A stretch of DNA of 61,849 bases, filler included, from Diploschistes diacapsis (lineage: Eukaryota): assembly GCA_023645945.1 (NCBI GenBank). It is 15 parts of 15 records of this genome, joined end to end, with 100 filler letters (N's around TTAATTAATTAA, not from the genome) between each part and the next. Parts side by side here need not be neighbours in the genome. Positions count along the whole stretch, not along the records: positions 5,262 to 30,423 come from JALAIB010000217.1; 14 more parts are not named here. The stretch is one strand, 5' to 3'. Below the pieces are notes generated by a model. That model did not search any database. It was given only the letters and a program-made list of their open reading frames with translations, and had not been told where the DNA came from. Positions 10,637 to 24,058 of this stretch are shown piece by piece; the stretch's first letter is position 1, and each line of letters starts with the position of its first letter. The position numbers and the translations under genes are program-made.

Positions 10637-13600
10637 ATGTTCACCAACACGGAACCCAATGGGATGCACCACAGCCATCTGAGGTACAACTCTCCAGTGA
10701 ACCCATTGCCATCATCTCCTCCGCTTGCCGCCTCCCCGGCCACGCCAACAGCCCTCACCAGCTATGGCACCTCCTCTCCACCGGCGGCATCGCCGCCTCC
10801 AATGCAGTGCCGGCATCCTGCTTCCATGCCTGCGCCCATGTTGAAGGCTCTGGGAGGCCAGGCAGCATGATCGGTGGCGCGATGTTCATCGAGGATATTG
10901 ACCCAGCTGCGCCCGACGCAGCCTTCTTCAACATCAGCCGGGCGGACGCGGTGGCCATGGACCCACAACAGCGACAGTTGCTGGAGGTTGTGTACGAGTG
11001 CCTGGAGAACGGCGGCATCACGCTGGAGCGTCTTAACGGAGAGAAGGTTGGGACGTTCATCGGGAGCTTTATGAATGGTGGGCCATCTTCTTCCTTTCAA
11101 ATCAATGAATCTCAGTCCAGGCTGATATTGATACGGGTCCGCACCAGATTATCAAGACGTCCAAGCCCGAGATCCCGGAGATCGTCCTCCGGGCACCTTT
11201 GTCAGCCTAGGCCGTGCTATGCTCAGTAACAGGATCAGTCACTTTTACAATGTTAAAGGCCCTAGGTAAGTAAGCAGCGACACGTTCTCGCCTTCAAGTT
11301 CTGAGGGTATGGCCGTTGACCGATCTACCAGCATGTGCATCGACACAACCTGTTCAGGAGGCCTGACATCGGTCGACGTAGCCTGTCACTACCTGCGGTC
11401 AGGCAAGGTTTCGGGTGCTATCGTAGCCGCGGCATACCTCTAGCTCTCGCCCGAAGTGATGATGGATACGGGAAGCATGCGAGCGGCCTGGTCTCCAAGC
11501 GGCCGCTGCCACAGCTTTGATGCAAAGGCAGATGGCTATTGCCGCGCCGAGGCAGTCAACGCAGTGTTTCTCAAACTCCTCTCCGACGCCGTCCGTGACG
11601 GAGATCCTATCCGCGCGATAATCCGGGGGACAGCGACTAACAGTGACGGGCGCACTCCGGGATCACCAGCCCCAGCGGCGAGGCCCAGGCAGCTGCGATC
11701 CGCGCCGCATACGCGATTCCGGGCTCGATGGCGTCTACTCTGGGACAGGATTCCTCGAATGCCACGGTATGAGGACAATAGGCGACAGGATCGAAGTCAA
11801 GGCCGCTGCGAGCGTGCTTGCGAAAGGGCGGAACCCGCTTGAGCCGCTTATCATTGGCTCCGTGAGGGGCGACATCGGCCACTCGGAGCCGGCGGCAGGA
11901 ATCTCTGGGCTAATCAAGGCCATGATGGCGGTAGAGACGGGCATGATTTCTGGAAATCCGACCTTTGTAACTCCTAATCCTAACATCGACTTCTCCGGTC
12001 TGCATGTTCGCGCAACACGCGACAATATCCCCTGACCAGAGGCTTTGAGCCACTATCGCAGGGCCAGCGTCAACTCTTTCGGCTATGGTGGATCCAACGC
12101 CCACGTTGTTGGAGAACGCAACGCACTTTTTACAGCACAGAAATGCCGCCTTTCTAACCGCTCAGCCCTTCGTTGTCTCTTTAATAGATTGCAGTGCCAC
12201 GGGGTTAGATACAAAAAGTAACGGAACTGGGTCAGCTCTGGGACCTAGCATCAGACCTCAGGTCTTAGTCTTCTCTGCCAACGACGAGGACTCTCTGAAG
12301 CGCCAGGTCAATCTGCTCTCGCAACACGCCGTCAACCCTCGCGTTAACGTCAAGCTGTCCGACCTGAGCTACACCTTGTCTGCGCGACGGTCCCGGCATT
12401 TTTGCCGAGCATTTCTGTCTTACCGTCCAAACCCAAGCGGTTTCGTCGATCACATCCCGACGAACTTGGTACAATATGCTAAGAAACCCCAAAGCCTACC
12501 AAAGATTACGTTCGTCTTCACTGGTCAAGGAGCGCAGTGGCCGCAAATGGGTGCCGGGCTCCTCCGGATGTTCCCCAAGACGGCCAGGCGCTGCATACTG
12601 GAGCTCGACGACGTCCTGCAGGCACTACCGGAACATCTGAGGCCTCGATGGTCGCTGCTCCAAGAGCTCACAGAGCCTCGCGAGGCCGACCACCTCAGGC
12701 AGCCCGAGTTCTCCCAGCCACTATCAACGGCTTTGCAGCTCGCCATGATGGCCGTGCTCGATTCTTGGCATGTACAGGCGGACTTCGCCGTGGGACACTC
12801 CACAGGCGAGGTCGCCGCTGCGTGTTGCGCGGGGCTCCTGACGCCGGCACAGGCAATTCTAGTCGCCTATCTACAGGGACTGGCTGCCAAGGAGTTTCAT
12901 CCCATCCGAGAAATGGGTATGCTGGCCGTGGGGTTGTCTCCTGAGGGCGTCCAGCCATACTTGGAGTTGGGCGCTTACGCCGGCGGCGAGGTGTCTATTG
13001 CTTGTTATAACGGCCCATCCAGCCTGACGCTTTCCGAGCCTGCCGAGCTTCTGTCTGACGTACGCGAGACAGTCAAGTCGGATGGGCATTTTGCCCGGAA
13101 ATTGCAGGTCAAACTAGCATACCATTCCCGGCACATGGATGCTATAGCGGAACGCTGCGAGAGTCTGCTGCTAGATTATGGCCGCTTGGCCCCCGACGTT
13201 GAACCTAAGATGGGAGGGGGGCGGCCAATTATGGTTTCATCAGTCATGCAAAACCTGTCCCTGGGACGGCTGCTTGTGATGCGGCTTATTGGAAAGCCAA
13301 TATCAGGTCACCTGTTCGCTTCGCAGGTGCATGCGAGAGAATACTTACAGAGGAGTGTCAAGGAGAACCAAGCATCCTCATCGCGATCGGACCAAGCAAT
13401 ACCCTCTCGGGTCCTATATCCCAGATTGTCAGGGAAGCGAAAGTCGAAAATTCCGTCTACACGTCTGTCGCGAGGAGAGGCAAGACGGCGTTGATGCGAT
13501 CTTGGACGTTGCAGGCCAGCTCTTCCTGCGCGATGCCAGCATATCCCTTGAGAAGGTCAATACCGACGAGACCAAAGCGAGCAAAGCACCTCGAGTAGTC

Positions 13601-16600
13601 ATTGTGGACTTGCCCAACTACCCATGGAACCACTCCACGCGTTATTGGCACGAAAGCCTCGCTAGTTCGGACTGGAGGTTCAAGAACTTCCCGCAACATG
13701 ACCTGCTTGGAGACAAGGTGCTGGGGACACTTTGGAAATCTCCTTCGTGGCGCAAGACCCTGTGCCTTGCCAACCTGCCCTAGTTGAGAGATCACGGGGT
13801 TGGATCAGACATCCTCTTTCCCGCGGCCGGTTACATGGCAATGGCAATGGAAGCTGTCCGTCAGATCATGTGGTTAACAGCTGGCCCAGAAGACGTGTCA
13901 AATCTCGAGAGTCGCAACTATCACTATACGTTGAAAGACCTGCGTTTTCTGCGCGGGCTGATACTCGAAGACGGCGTCGATGTGCCGTTGATGCTCAGCA
14001 TGGCGCCCATTGCAAAAATGGGCTCGGGCTGGTGGGAGTACAAGATTATGTCGCGAATGGCTTCAGAATCGTCATCTGCACCCTCATCAACTGCCCCGGG
14101 CCAGTGGCATGAGAACAGTCAAGGTCTGATACGACTGGTGCTGGATAAGGATGCGCCGCTGCCTAGTATGCCTCGGCATGCTGGTTCCTTGCCGCTAAAA
14201 TACCCATCGGCGGGAAGGCTCTGGTACAAAGCAATGGCGGATGTTGGACAGATATGGGGACCCGACTTTCAACAGGTGCTTTCCGTCGAATGTACAGAAG
14301 GCCAACTATCCTCCCGCTCTATCGTTTCTCTAGTGCCGCCGTCCTCGAAGTGGGAACCACAGTCCGAGTACCCGCTCCACCCGGCATGTATGGATGGCCT
14401 CGTACAGGCTGTTTCCCTCGCATCACCACGGAAGCTACAACAACGTAGACGGCGTGCTGCTTCCAGCAAGCATCGATCGCCTTACCGTGTCGGGCCGGAC
14501 ATAGAACTCAAACGAGGCACTTTCTATCAGCACAAGCGAACTTCAGTGTGTGGGCATTCCCGGTGAGTCTCAAGAGTCTTTGTCCAATACATCCGTCTTC
14601 GATCCTCTCAGTGGTGATTTTATCATGGAACTCGAGGGACTCGTCTTCGCCCCATTGGACGTTGGCAAGAATACCCATCAGTCTCACACTTACGGTCGGC
14701 TATCTTGGAAGCCTGACTGGTTCCACTTGGATAGTTGTGAGAGGTTGCAGCAAGCGCTAGGCAGCGACAAAGTCGATCCCGAAAGTGAGGTCCAAGAGTT
14801 GTTAGATCTTATAGCCCACAAGAAGCCCAACCTGAAGATTCTCGAGGTCAACCTTGTTCCTGGTGATGCAAAGAGCCTATGGCTGTCGAGACCTTCGAGT
14901 GATCATTCGATCCGCGGCGCCTTCAGCGAGTTTCACCTCGCCTGTGACCACGCAAATGATGTGGATGCCGCTAAAGATTTGTACTCACAGACACCCGAAT
15001 GTCAGGTCTCTCATTTTCAATCCTCGTAGCGATACTTTTTCCCAACCAGAAGAGCTGGCAAATCTTGATCTTGTATTGGTCAAAGCCTTACATCTTTCGA
15101 CTCCTGTACTGGAGCGGATCGCCAGCAATGTACGCAGCTTATTGGCGGATGGTGGAAGCCTGATTATGCATAGAGACGAAGGTCCAGGTCTATCGAACGG
15201 CCACGCGCATGGTGAAAATGAAATGGTAGGCGAAGGCGAGTCGAAAGCCGAGTCAGAACTAGGAAGCAACGAAAATCCGGATACTGTGATAAATGGATAC
15301 CGCACTCTCAATGGGATGGACTCCGATTTGAAATCGAAATATCAGGGCATCATGGCCACAGACATCTGGGAGCGTCATCGATTTGCCAAAGTTAAGCACA
15401 CGGCAACGGGATCCATTGTTGCGGAAGCCGCCGTCGCATATGCGGCTCGGGTAGAGGTGAAAGCTGCTTCCATTGTCCTGTTACACCTTTTCCCACCAGG
15501 TGAAATAGTTTCAGAGGCACATACACGCCTACGGAATCGAGGCTGGGACATTTCCGAGCTGCACCTCCAAGACGATCCCTCGCTCTCTGGACTGAATTCC
15601 AAGTCGACTATCCTGGTTCTTGGCGAACTCTGTCAGCCTTTACTGGCAAGGGCGACCGAGTCCCAATAGACAGCCATCCAGACCATCATCCAGCGAGAAT
15701 GCAACCTCCTTTGGGTGTCACGGGGCTCACAGATGACGGTCGATTCGCCACTCAATGCCGTCTGCCACGGGGTCTTCCGCACCGTACGCGCCGAGGAGCT
15801 ACTGCTTCGTCTGGTGACCCTAGACGTCGAGTCAAACACACTCGAAGCCTTGCCTCAGACGATCTCAGCCATTGACCGGGTTTTGGGTGAATTTCACTCA
15901 CAATCTTTGACATCATCCGAATCCGAATATGTCGAGCGGCGTGGACTTCTGCATGTCAGCCGCATCTGGCCCGACGAGGCCGTAAACCGAGCCAGCAGGG
16001 AGGATAGTTCAGTTGGCCGCGCACCTGTTACGACTGACTTGCATGCTTGCGAGGCAACTGTTCCCCTTGTCTCGGAGAAGCTTGGAACCCTCGATTCGCT
16101 ATCGTTCGTCGAGGTCGGAGACGGGAGGCCGCCAGTGTTGGGGGCTAATGAAGTCGAAGTCGAGATCTTTGCGTCAGGTTGAAACTTCAAGGATGTTGCT
16201 GTGGCCATGGGAATTGTTCCTGAAGACCAGACGCGACTCGGACTTGACGGTGCCGGCCTGGTGGTGGGCCTGGGTGATGCCGTAAAAGACCGCCATGTCG
16301 GCCAGCGAGTCGCAGTGCTGCGCAACGGCTGCTACGCTAACCGGATCATTGCTTCTTCGGAGGCTACTGTCCCCATGCCGGATTTCATGACATTTGAGGA
16401 GGCCGCCACTCTGCCGCTCGTGTTTGGCACCAGCATCTATGGTCTCTATCACCTCGCCAATTTGCAGCGACGCCAGTGGGTCTTGATACACTCCGCTGCG
16501 GGGGGCATTGGTCTGGCCTGCATCCAGCTTTGCCAGCGCCTTGACTGCGAGATTTTTGTAACTGTCGGCAACACCGAGAAGAGAGTGTTTTTGGAGCGCG

Positions 16601-18415
16601 ACTTTGGGATTCCGGAGAATCGCATCTTCTCCTCTCGGTCCACATCATTTGGGCGCAGTGTCCAAGACGCAACTCAAGGTTATGGAGTTGACGTCGTCAT
16701 GAACTCGCTGACCGGCGCAATGCTGCACGAGAGTTGGCGTCTTCTCGCGCCAGGCGGAACGATGATGGAGATTGGGAAGAGAGATATTCTTGACCGAAAC
16801 TGGTTGCCTATGGATCCATTCTCGCATAACCGTTCTTTCCGTAGCTTGGATCTCAGTACTTTGCCACTAAACGTAATCGGCAGGTAAGATCCCGCTCGAC
16901 GACACAGTGAAGTCATGATATGTGCTAATGACTCGAATCCTAGGGTCCTCAGCGAACTTTCCGTTCTTATCCGCGGCGGTCATGTCAGACCCATCACGCC
17001 GCGGCGAATCTTTAGCTACCATGAAATCCCTACCGCCCTGCAAGTCCTCCGAAGTGGAAACCAAATAGGAAAGGTGGTCATATCGAACGGTTCAGATGCC
17101 AGGATCACTGTGTCGGTAGGTGCAGAATTCCTTGCTCGCGACCATGATTCCCTAGGCAAAGTGCTGGCAAGTTTCAGGTTCGGCCACCTCGACGCCACCC
17201 TAGTTTGCTTCTGCAGCGAGAACGCGCTATATTCATTGTTGGTGGGCTGAGGGGGGCCCGCGGAAGTCTCGCAGTCCATCTCGCGCGGCAAGGAGCCAAG
17301 CATTTGGCTATCATGTCACGCAGTGGATATCAGGACGACATGTCCAGGTCTGTTGTCCTCAACATCCGTGCGCTAGGATGTTCTATCGACTTGCTTCAGG
17401 GCGATGTAACAATCGTTCAGGACGTGCAGCGCTGTTTCAGCGAGGTCCGTCTCCCAATTGGAGGAATTATTCAAGGCGCAGTGGTCCTTAGAGTGAGTGA
17501 AAGTTCTACCAGTTTCCATCTCCCGCCACGCTGACTGGACTTCAGGACCGCATCTTCGCCTCCATGTCCTATGTCGATTTCACCAAGTCCCTTGCTTGCA
17601 AAGTGCAAGGTACATGGAACCTTCATACCATCTCCCTTGAGAGTCAGCAGCCGATCACCTTTTTCGTTACACTGTCGTCTGTATCCGGCCTCGTCGGCCA
17701 GAAAGCACAAGCCAACTATGCCGGTGGCAACGTGTTCCAGGACGCTTTCGCTGTCTATCGACGTAGCCTAGGCTTGCCGGCCATCAGCGTCAACCTGGGA
17801 CCTGTCGAGGATGTTGGTGTGATGAATACAAACGAGAGTCTCCAGGGCAGATTCGACGATCGGTTTTGGATGAGCATCAATGGGATTTTGTTGCGCCGGA
17901 TCCTCGATTGTGCTCTTTTGCAGCAGCATAGCGATCCGGAGCAGCGGCTGAGCAACAAAGGCGAGGTTTCACAGCTGATCACGGGCATCAAAGTTCCTCA
18001 GCCCGTGGACAGCCCGCTCCTGGCCGACGTGCGCTTCTCCGGTCTGCACACATCCTCTCATGCCATTAGTAGCCAACACGCCGCTGCTGCCCAAAAGGAC
18101 AAAGAAGTCCAAACATTCCTCCATGCCGCCCACTCCCCGAATCCCGACCGTACGGCCCTCCTATTAGCCGGGATTGCCGCCGTATCAGCACAATTCACTA
18201 AGCTGCTGGGTCTGAACAAGAACAAACCGATGGACCCGGCGCGGCCGCTCGCCGCCTACGGAATGGACTCGCTGGCAGCGGTGGAGTTGAGGAACTGGGT
18301 TCGCGGGACGGTAGGCGTGGAGCTCACCATCTTGGAGGTGATGAGTGCAGCGAGCTTGGTGGTCCTGTGTAAGAAGATGATTGGGAAGTTGCTTGGGTTA
18401 GCGAATGAGAAGTGA
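10637..18415 (+). pseudogene. Highly reducing iterative type I PKS (KS-AT-DH-degenerate MT region-ER-KR-ACP), disrupted
   Basis: [130 protein letters not shown]. In-frame stops at 11441, 12033, 13781, 15667 and 16180. Frameshifts near 11660, 11715, 12110, 13245, 13480, 14420, 15000 and 17220. No in-frame ATG directly upstream of the KS, so the start is approximate. Confidence 0.93.
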
Positions 18416-19414
18416 GTGAGGAAATAGGATCTTATTCGGGAGTAAACTTCGGTTGAAATCTCTTCAACCCTGCTTGAACGGATCATTCACCTGGTTATCG
18501 CCAGCTGTCGCGGCGCGATAACAAAAGTAGATTTCGAATAAATGAGAGCGATAAGGAAGGGCGCGGCAAGATTATGGCCGACGACCACGGTGAGGTGTAA
18601 ATAACTCGAGATATACAGACCCTTGATGGCTTATTGAATTCCTAAGGAATAGCTTGAGCTTCTCCCAACTCTCTGGCTGTCTTGCCCAGCTGGGAACGCG
18701 ATTGTTCATTGCAGCGCTGCTGTGTGCAAGATGTTTCCGTGTTGAGCTTCCTTGGAGTGAAAAATCTCGCTAATAGACCTCACGTCGAAAACTCGCCCTT
18801 TCTTCGCTTTACTTCATAAGCATGTCATGAGCTGAATGGGCATGTTCAAAGCCTTTTCGACTACCGGGGTCCTGCAATGGGGCCTGGTACAGAATGAGAC
18901 CATGGTGGAATGGAATTGCTGACAGCAGTAAGCATCTCGAAGCGCTCAAGGTGTATTATTTACCTCAGGCTGTGCGGAGCGGAAGGACTGAGGCGCTTTG
19001 AAACAATTTAGCACACCAAGAAGTAAGAAGTGCTCGCAGATGCTGGCGATATAAAACTATTTATGCATACTTTGTATTCCCAGTTGCAAATGCGACGCAA
19101 AGCTATGCACTTAAGTGTAGAATACTCTAGGAGGTTTAATTATTGGCGTTCTGCAAAATGAATCACAGCACGTGACTACGCTTGTGTGTACCTAAATTCT
19201 GTGCACATTCTTCATCACGCATGATACGACACAATTTGTGCGAATGAGCTCTAGCCGTAGATTAGCAATTTCAATCCATCCTGCCGTGACGAACTCCTCT
19301 AAAGGCAGGGTCCATCGCTGAAGCTTCAAAAGGACAGCTTCCTGCCTCTCAGCTCAAATCCTACCAAATCAAGAGCTGCGAGGTGATTCCGCAGCCTCCC
19401 CCACGGCTACTGCT

Positions 19415-21084
19415 ATGTCAGTGCAGAAGCGCCAGGGCGAGGAGCTCGAAGGCGACATCAGCTTCATCACTACTCCCGCTGCAGTTCACTCAGAGTTCGG
19501 GACGGGCGAGGACTGTGGCGTCAAAACTACCAATGTGAGCACCATTGAGGTCTTGTACCACGGCAATTGATATCAATTGACTACTGATTTCACTGAAGCT
19601 GACAGCCATTGAAGTCCCAAGCCATCCATAATCCTCCCTTACCCGCCGAGGGTCCCGGCAATGAGTCCTTCTCGAACTTACTCCTCGGGGCGCTGCTGTT
19701 GGGCATCCCGATCTTTGTTACCTTCAGCCTTGGTGGTGGCTTTAAGACGACTGTCTTTTTTCTCATTTGCTTCCTCCTGCCGATTCTTGTCACCTTCTGG
19801 ACCGTGGCCTCGGCCTATTCGCCGCGCATCAACGACAAGGTCAAGCTTCCCGGCCGCCCCATCGGGGACTACATCACGTTCAAGAAGGACAAAGACCGCC
19901 AGCGATGGAGCAGCCGCAACAAGATCCCAATGAAGACCTTTTACGAGATGTACCTGGACGGTGACGTTGACTTCAACGGCGACGTACTAGACGTTATGGA
20001 GTACCGCCATGACTGGGCCAGCTTCGCCTTCACGTGGCCGGACTTCCAGTTCATTTTCTTCACCTTCGCCCGAGACGTGCTCTTCCACTCGCGCAAGCAG
20101 GACGAGGAGCAGGTCCGACCCAACTACGACCGCGGCAACGATCACTACTCGTGGTTCCTTGGACCCCGCATGGTCTACACGAGCGGCATCTTCTCCGACC
20201 CCACACGCGAGGAAACGCTCGAGGAGATGCAGGATAACAAGATGGCCATTGTCTGTGAGAAGCTCGCTCTCAAGGAGGGAGAGTCCCTTTTGGACATCGG
20301 TTGCGGCTGGGGCACCCTTGCCAAGTTCGCCAGCGTCAATTACGGCGCCCATGTCACCGGCGTTACCCTTGCCCGTAATCAGGCCGCCTGGGGTAATGAC
20401 GCCCTTCGCCGCGCGGGCATCCCCGATACCCAAAGCAATATCTTATGCATGGACTATCGTGACATTCCGGCGAGGAAATTCCACAAGATTTCCCAGCTCG
20501 AGATGGGCGAGCATGTGGGCATTCGCAAGCTCACGACGTTCTTCCGTCAGTGCTACGATATGCTCGAGGACGACGGCGCTATGTATGTTCAGCTCTCTGG
20601 TCTGCGCAAGGCATGGCAATACGAGGATTTTATCTGGGGGCTTTACCTGAACAAGTACATCTTTCCAGGCGCTGACGCCTCCACCCCGCTTGCCTTCTAC
20701 ATAAGCTGCCTTGAGAGCGCCGGATGGGAGATCAAGAGGTAAGTCCCGAAGCCGCAAGACAAAACTCCTTATACTAACCCCGTCCCCAGCATCGACACGG
20801 TCGGCGTACACTACTCGGGTACCCTCTGGCGCTGGTACCGCAACTGGCTCGGCAACGCTGACACCATCAAGGCCAAGTACGGCCAGCGTTGGTACCGCAT
20901 GTGGGAGCTCTTCCTGGCCTGGTCCACCATCGCGTCGCGCCAGGGTAGCGCCGCCTGCTTTCAGATGGTCGTGGTCAAGAATTTGAACGCCACCCACCGC
21001 GTCAACGGATTTGCGTCCCAGTTCGGCCTCTCTGGCGCCCTTGCCGCGAGCCGCGCTGCCGGGAAGGCGACCTTTCCAAAGTGA
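19415..21084 (+). CDS. MTS1: Sphingolipid C9-methyltransferase (cyclopropane-fatty-acyl synthase family)
   Basis: Exons 19415-19534, 19615-20738 and 20790-21084 with GT-AG introns. Two N-terminal TM helices, YDRGNDHYSWFLGPRMVYTSG, SAM motif LDIGCGWG, KYIFPGAD. The frame is intact. Confidence 0.92.
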
Positions 21085-21828
21085 GCCATGTATTTGGCCA
21101 CGAAAGACGCCATTGTCGAACCTGGAGTCCTTGGAATAGAACCAAAAGGGGGCTCAGAAGCCTGGGGCGGGTGAAAATGACGTGTTCATTTATTATAAAA
21201 GTAAATACAGGTAACCGTAAGTATCCGTCGCGTAAAAGTACGTAATTGTGTGATAGAGAAGCAGCTATCACTTCACCGGAGGGGTAATGTTAACGTTAAC
21301 ATAGAATTCTATAAGCTTGGCAGCAAGGATAATCCTCCAGAAAATATGCACTTAGGTAGATGCCTTTTGCCAGCAATAATACAAATCAATACCTCAGAGG
21401 TAGCTTTCCCATCGAGCCAGCGAATTTATATCAAGCTGGCCTTCGCAAGGATCGCCTCTGTCTTTTATTTTATTTCTTTTCTTTAGTAAAGATCTTGGGG
21501 GTAATAATAGATCAAAAGCTCCGACATAACTTATAAGAAACACATCGCTAGAGCAGCAACCACGGTTTCAAAGCAGCATTAACGCTCAGGAAACTACGAC
21601 CACTATCACCAAGAAAATAGACTACACGTCGATGGTATGGAAACGCGCTTGCACCCACTCAGCAACCAAAGAACTGAACTGGGCGCAAAAGATAGGAGCG
21701 CAGGTTATCAACTTATTAGTCAGTTTATCCCCCGATTTAAGTAAGCTGTGGAATCAAGGTCATAATATAAATACAATCGTTCTGAAATACTCGAAACGCG
21801 CTTGACTCAATCAGCATCTCTTCTGGTC

Positions 21829-24058
21829 TCATCTCCTGCACCTTCTGTACAGGAAAATCCCCGCCACAGCGACCGCCGACCCAGCGCAAATCCATTTTCC
21901 AACGCTCACCAACGCTCCGCTATGGTCATCCTCTGTCGTGCATTGCTTCTCTGGTGTGCGTTCCGCTGCTTCGGATCCCGCTCTGTCGCTGCTGCTACGT
22001 GGAGCGCTCGTCAACCCTTCTTCGCCTTTCTCAAAGGCCGTCTTGTCGTGACAGGGGTCTCTCGCAATTGGCGCCCACTGTAGCTCGTTGAGTGGTTCGG
22101 TTTCTTTAAATACACCAGGCTCTGGTAGTGTGTCTACCTCGCCATACAAGAAGCCATTTTCATCATCAACATCTTCTGGCGATTGGGCTTCACACGCAAC
22201 TTTCGTGTCATCCTTGCTGATCGTTTGTCCAGCTGCTGTGGGATATTGCTCTTTAAGGTGCGTGACCAGAGCCAATAGTCGTTGAGTGGCAGGAGAGAGT
22301 CCTGTTGTAATACAGTCCTCAATATTCGGAAGCGCCGCGATGTCTATACTATCGACTGAAGTACTATTCGGCGAGGGCGTACTCGACTGTGGGCCGTCTA
22401 GGACACCTCCACAAGAGGAACCGGTTTCCGATAAGGAGCTGAAGGTTACAGAAGACTCTCCGTCGCTCAGCAACTCCGGCGTTTCTTCTCGAATCTCGAT
22501 GGACTTCAATTCTTCTACCTTCAGCTCCATGCCTGTTGCCTCTTCTACCCTACTTTCATTGTCCCATCGAATTTCTTGGCGGAGCGGAGAGGGACACCAG
22601 CTCCTCCAACCTCGTTTCGGATACGGTCTTATTGCGGAACCTCTCGCATTTATATGCGGCACTGTATGGTCCATGTCTCCGTCATAGATATAATATGGTA
22701 CAGGCAATAGCGGCCAATTACTTGAGTTAAAGAAAGCGGTACCAGGCTGACCAAGATGAGGAACATTCTCGTCAGGCCCATAGTAGTCATGCGTCCAGTG
22801 CCCTACTGGGGGATAGGTCTTCAAGACCAGTCCAATCACGGCCTCTCGCATCTTCGATCCGGTGAGTTTCAAATGCTCCGGGGGACCTGTGTAATGTATC
22901 GGATCTGCATACTTAGCAGCCTGAGCTGCTAAGATGCTCTCACGCGAAAAGCCTCCATCGTGAGTGTGATACCTTATTCCTGTACTGGTGGCTGCCCAGA
23001 GGGAAACCTCTGGGGCTGTGTCACTCTTTTCGCGGACAGGCATGTTGTTGAAATTTATGTGGTGCGTATCGTAAGGAATCTTATAGAACAGTGGCTCTGA
23101 ATAGGGATTAACGTATCCTTCAGGCGCCCCTTCAAATGCATCATGGAGCCCCAGGAGAGGACTCTCCCAATCTTGCTTCCGGTCTACTGGGAACCTCTTG
23201 GGTACCCGAGAGCGGACTTCATCTCGATTCATCTGCTGCTCAGTGGTTGCCGACGTTTTGTGTGTCGTAAAAGTATCTACCACTTCAAGGTCAGGTATTA
23301 CACCCATGTGCTTGGCCAGAACCCGAGCCTGGTCCAAGACGTGTGCTGCTGTAAAGCCGCAGGATACATTTTCTTCCTCAGCGCCAGCTATTGTCATTGC
23401 AACGGTCCGTAGCCCCTGCTCAAAACTCGGTAGTGTATCCCAATTGTCGTCCGAAGCATGTGCTCCGCATACTGGAACCTCAACACTGGATGAGACGGGA
23501 GACTTGGAACTCTCTGGGAATCGTGCGATCATCTTGGCTTCAGTCCGACCTGTGATGAATTCATCCATTGATCTTCTTGTTGCTTCCAAAGGGAATGGGT
23601 TTTGTTTTCCAAAACTAGGATTGGATCGCTTTGAAATAACATATGCATCTTCCAGTTGGCTCCACTCAATATAGTATCTGTCTATATTCTCGTCTGGCTG
23701 GATGGTTGGTGCACGGAATACTGTCCTAGGACATACGTCTTTGTCAATATTCTTGAAGCTTATCCACATCTCTATGCAGCTGCTATTGCTGTAGGTAGCA
23801 CCTCCCGCGAGTGATGGAACCTGAAAACGCTTTAGTTGAAACCACCATATGCTGGAGGTTTACTTACTGCTGTAACGTAATCCACCTCGACCCAGGAGCC
23901 TGCGGGAACGTATCTGAGCTCATTCTGTGCCTGTGGAGTTGTCAGCATCTAAGAAACGCTTGGTCAGGCAGACATACCGAGCTTTCGAAGAATGATTGGA
24001 TTAAACCGCACCATTTCCGGCAATCAATCAGGCTGCTTTCTATCATTGAAGACACCAT
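21829..24058 (-). CDS. Hypothetical 711-aa protein with a C-terminal tail anchor
   Basis: Exons 24058-23978 (81 nt), 23930-23868 (63 nt) and 23820-21829 join in phase 0 through canonical GTATGT/GTAAGT..CAG introns. The protein ends WICAGSAVAVAGIFLYRRCRR. Confidence 0.75.

Noticed and set aside
10637..18415. Programmed frameshifting or readthrough producing a functional PKS
   Set aside because: More than a dozen scattered lesions without slippery-site patterns; pseudogenisation is simpler.
19415..21084. C9-methyltransferase as a tailoring enzyme of the MT-less PKS cluster
   Set aside because: It looks like the conserved glucosylceramide-pathway gene and is intact while the cluster decays, so it more likely marks the cluster boundary.
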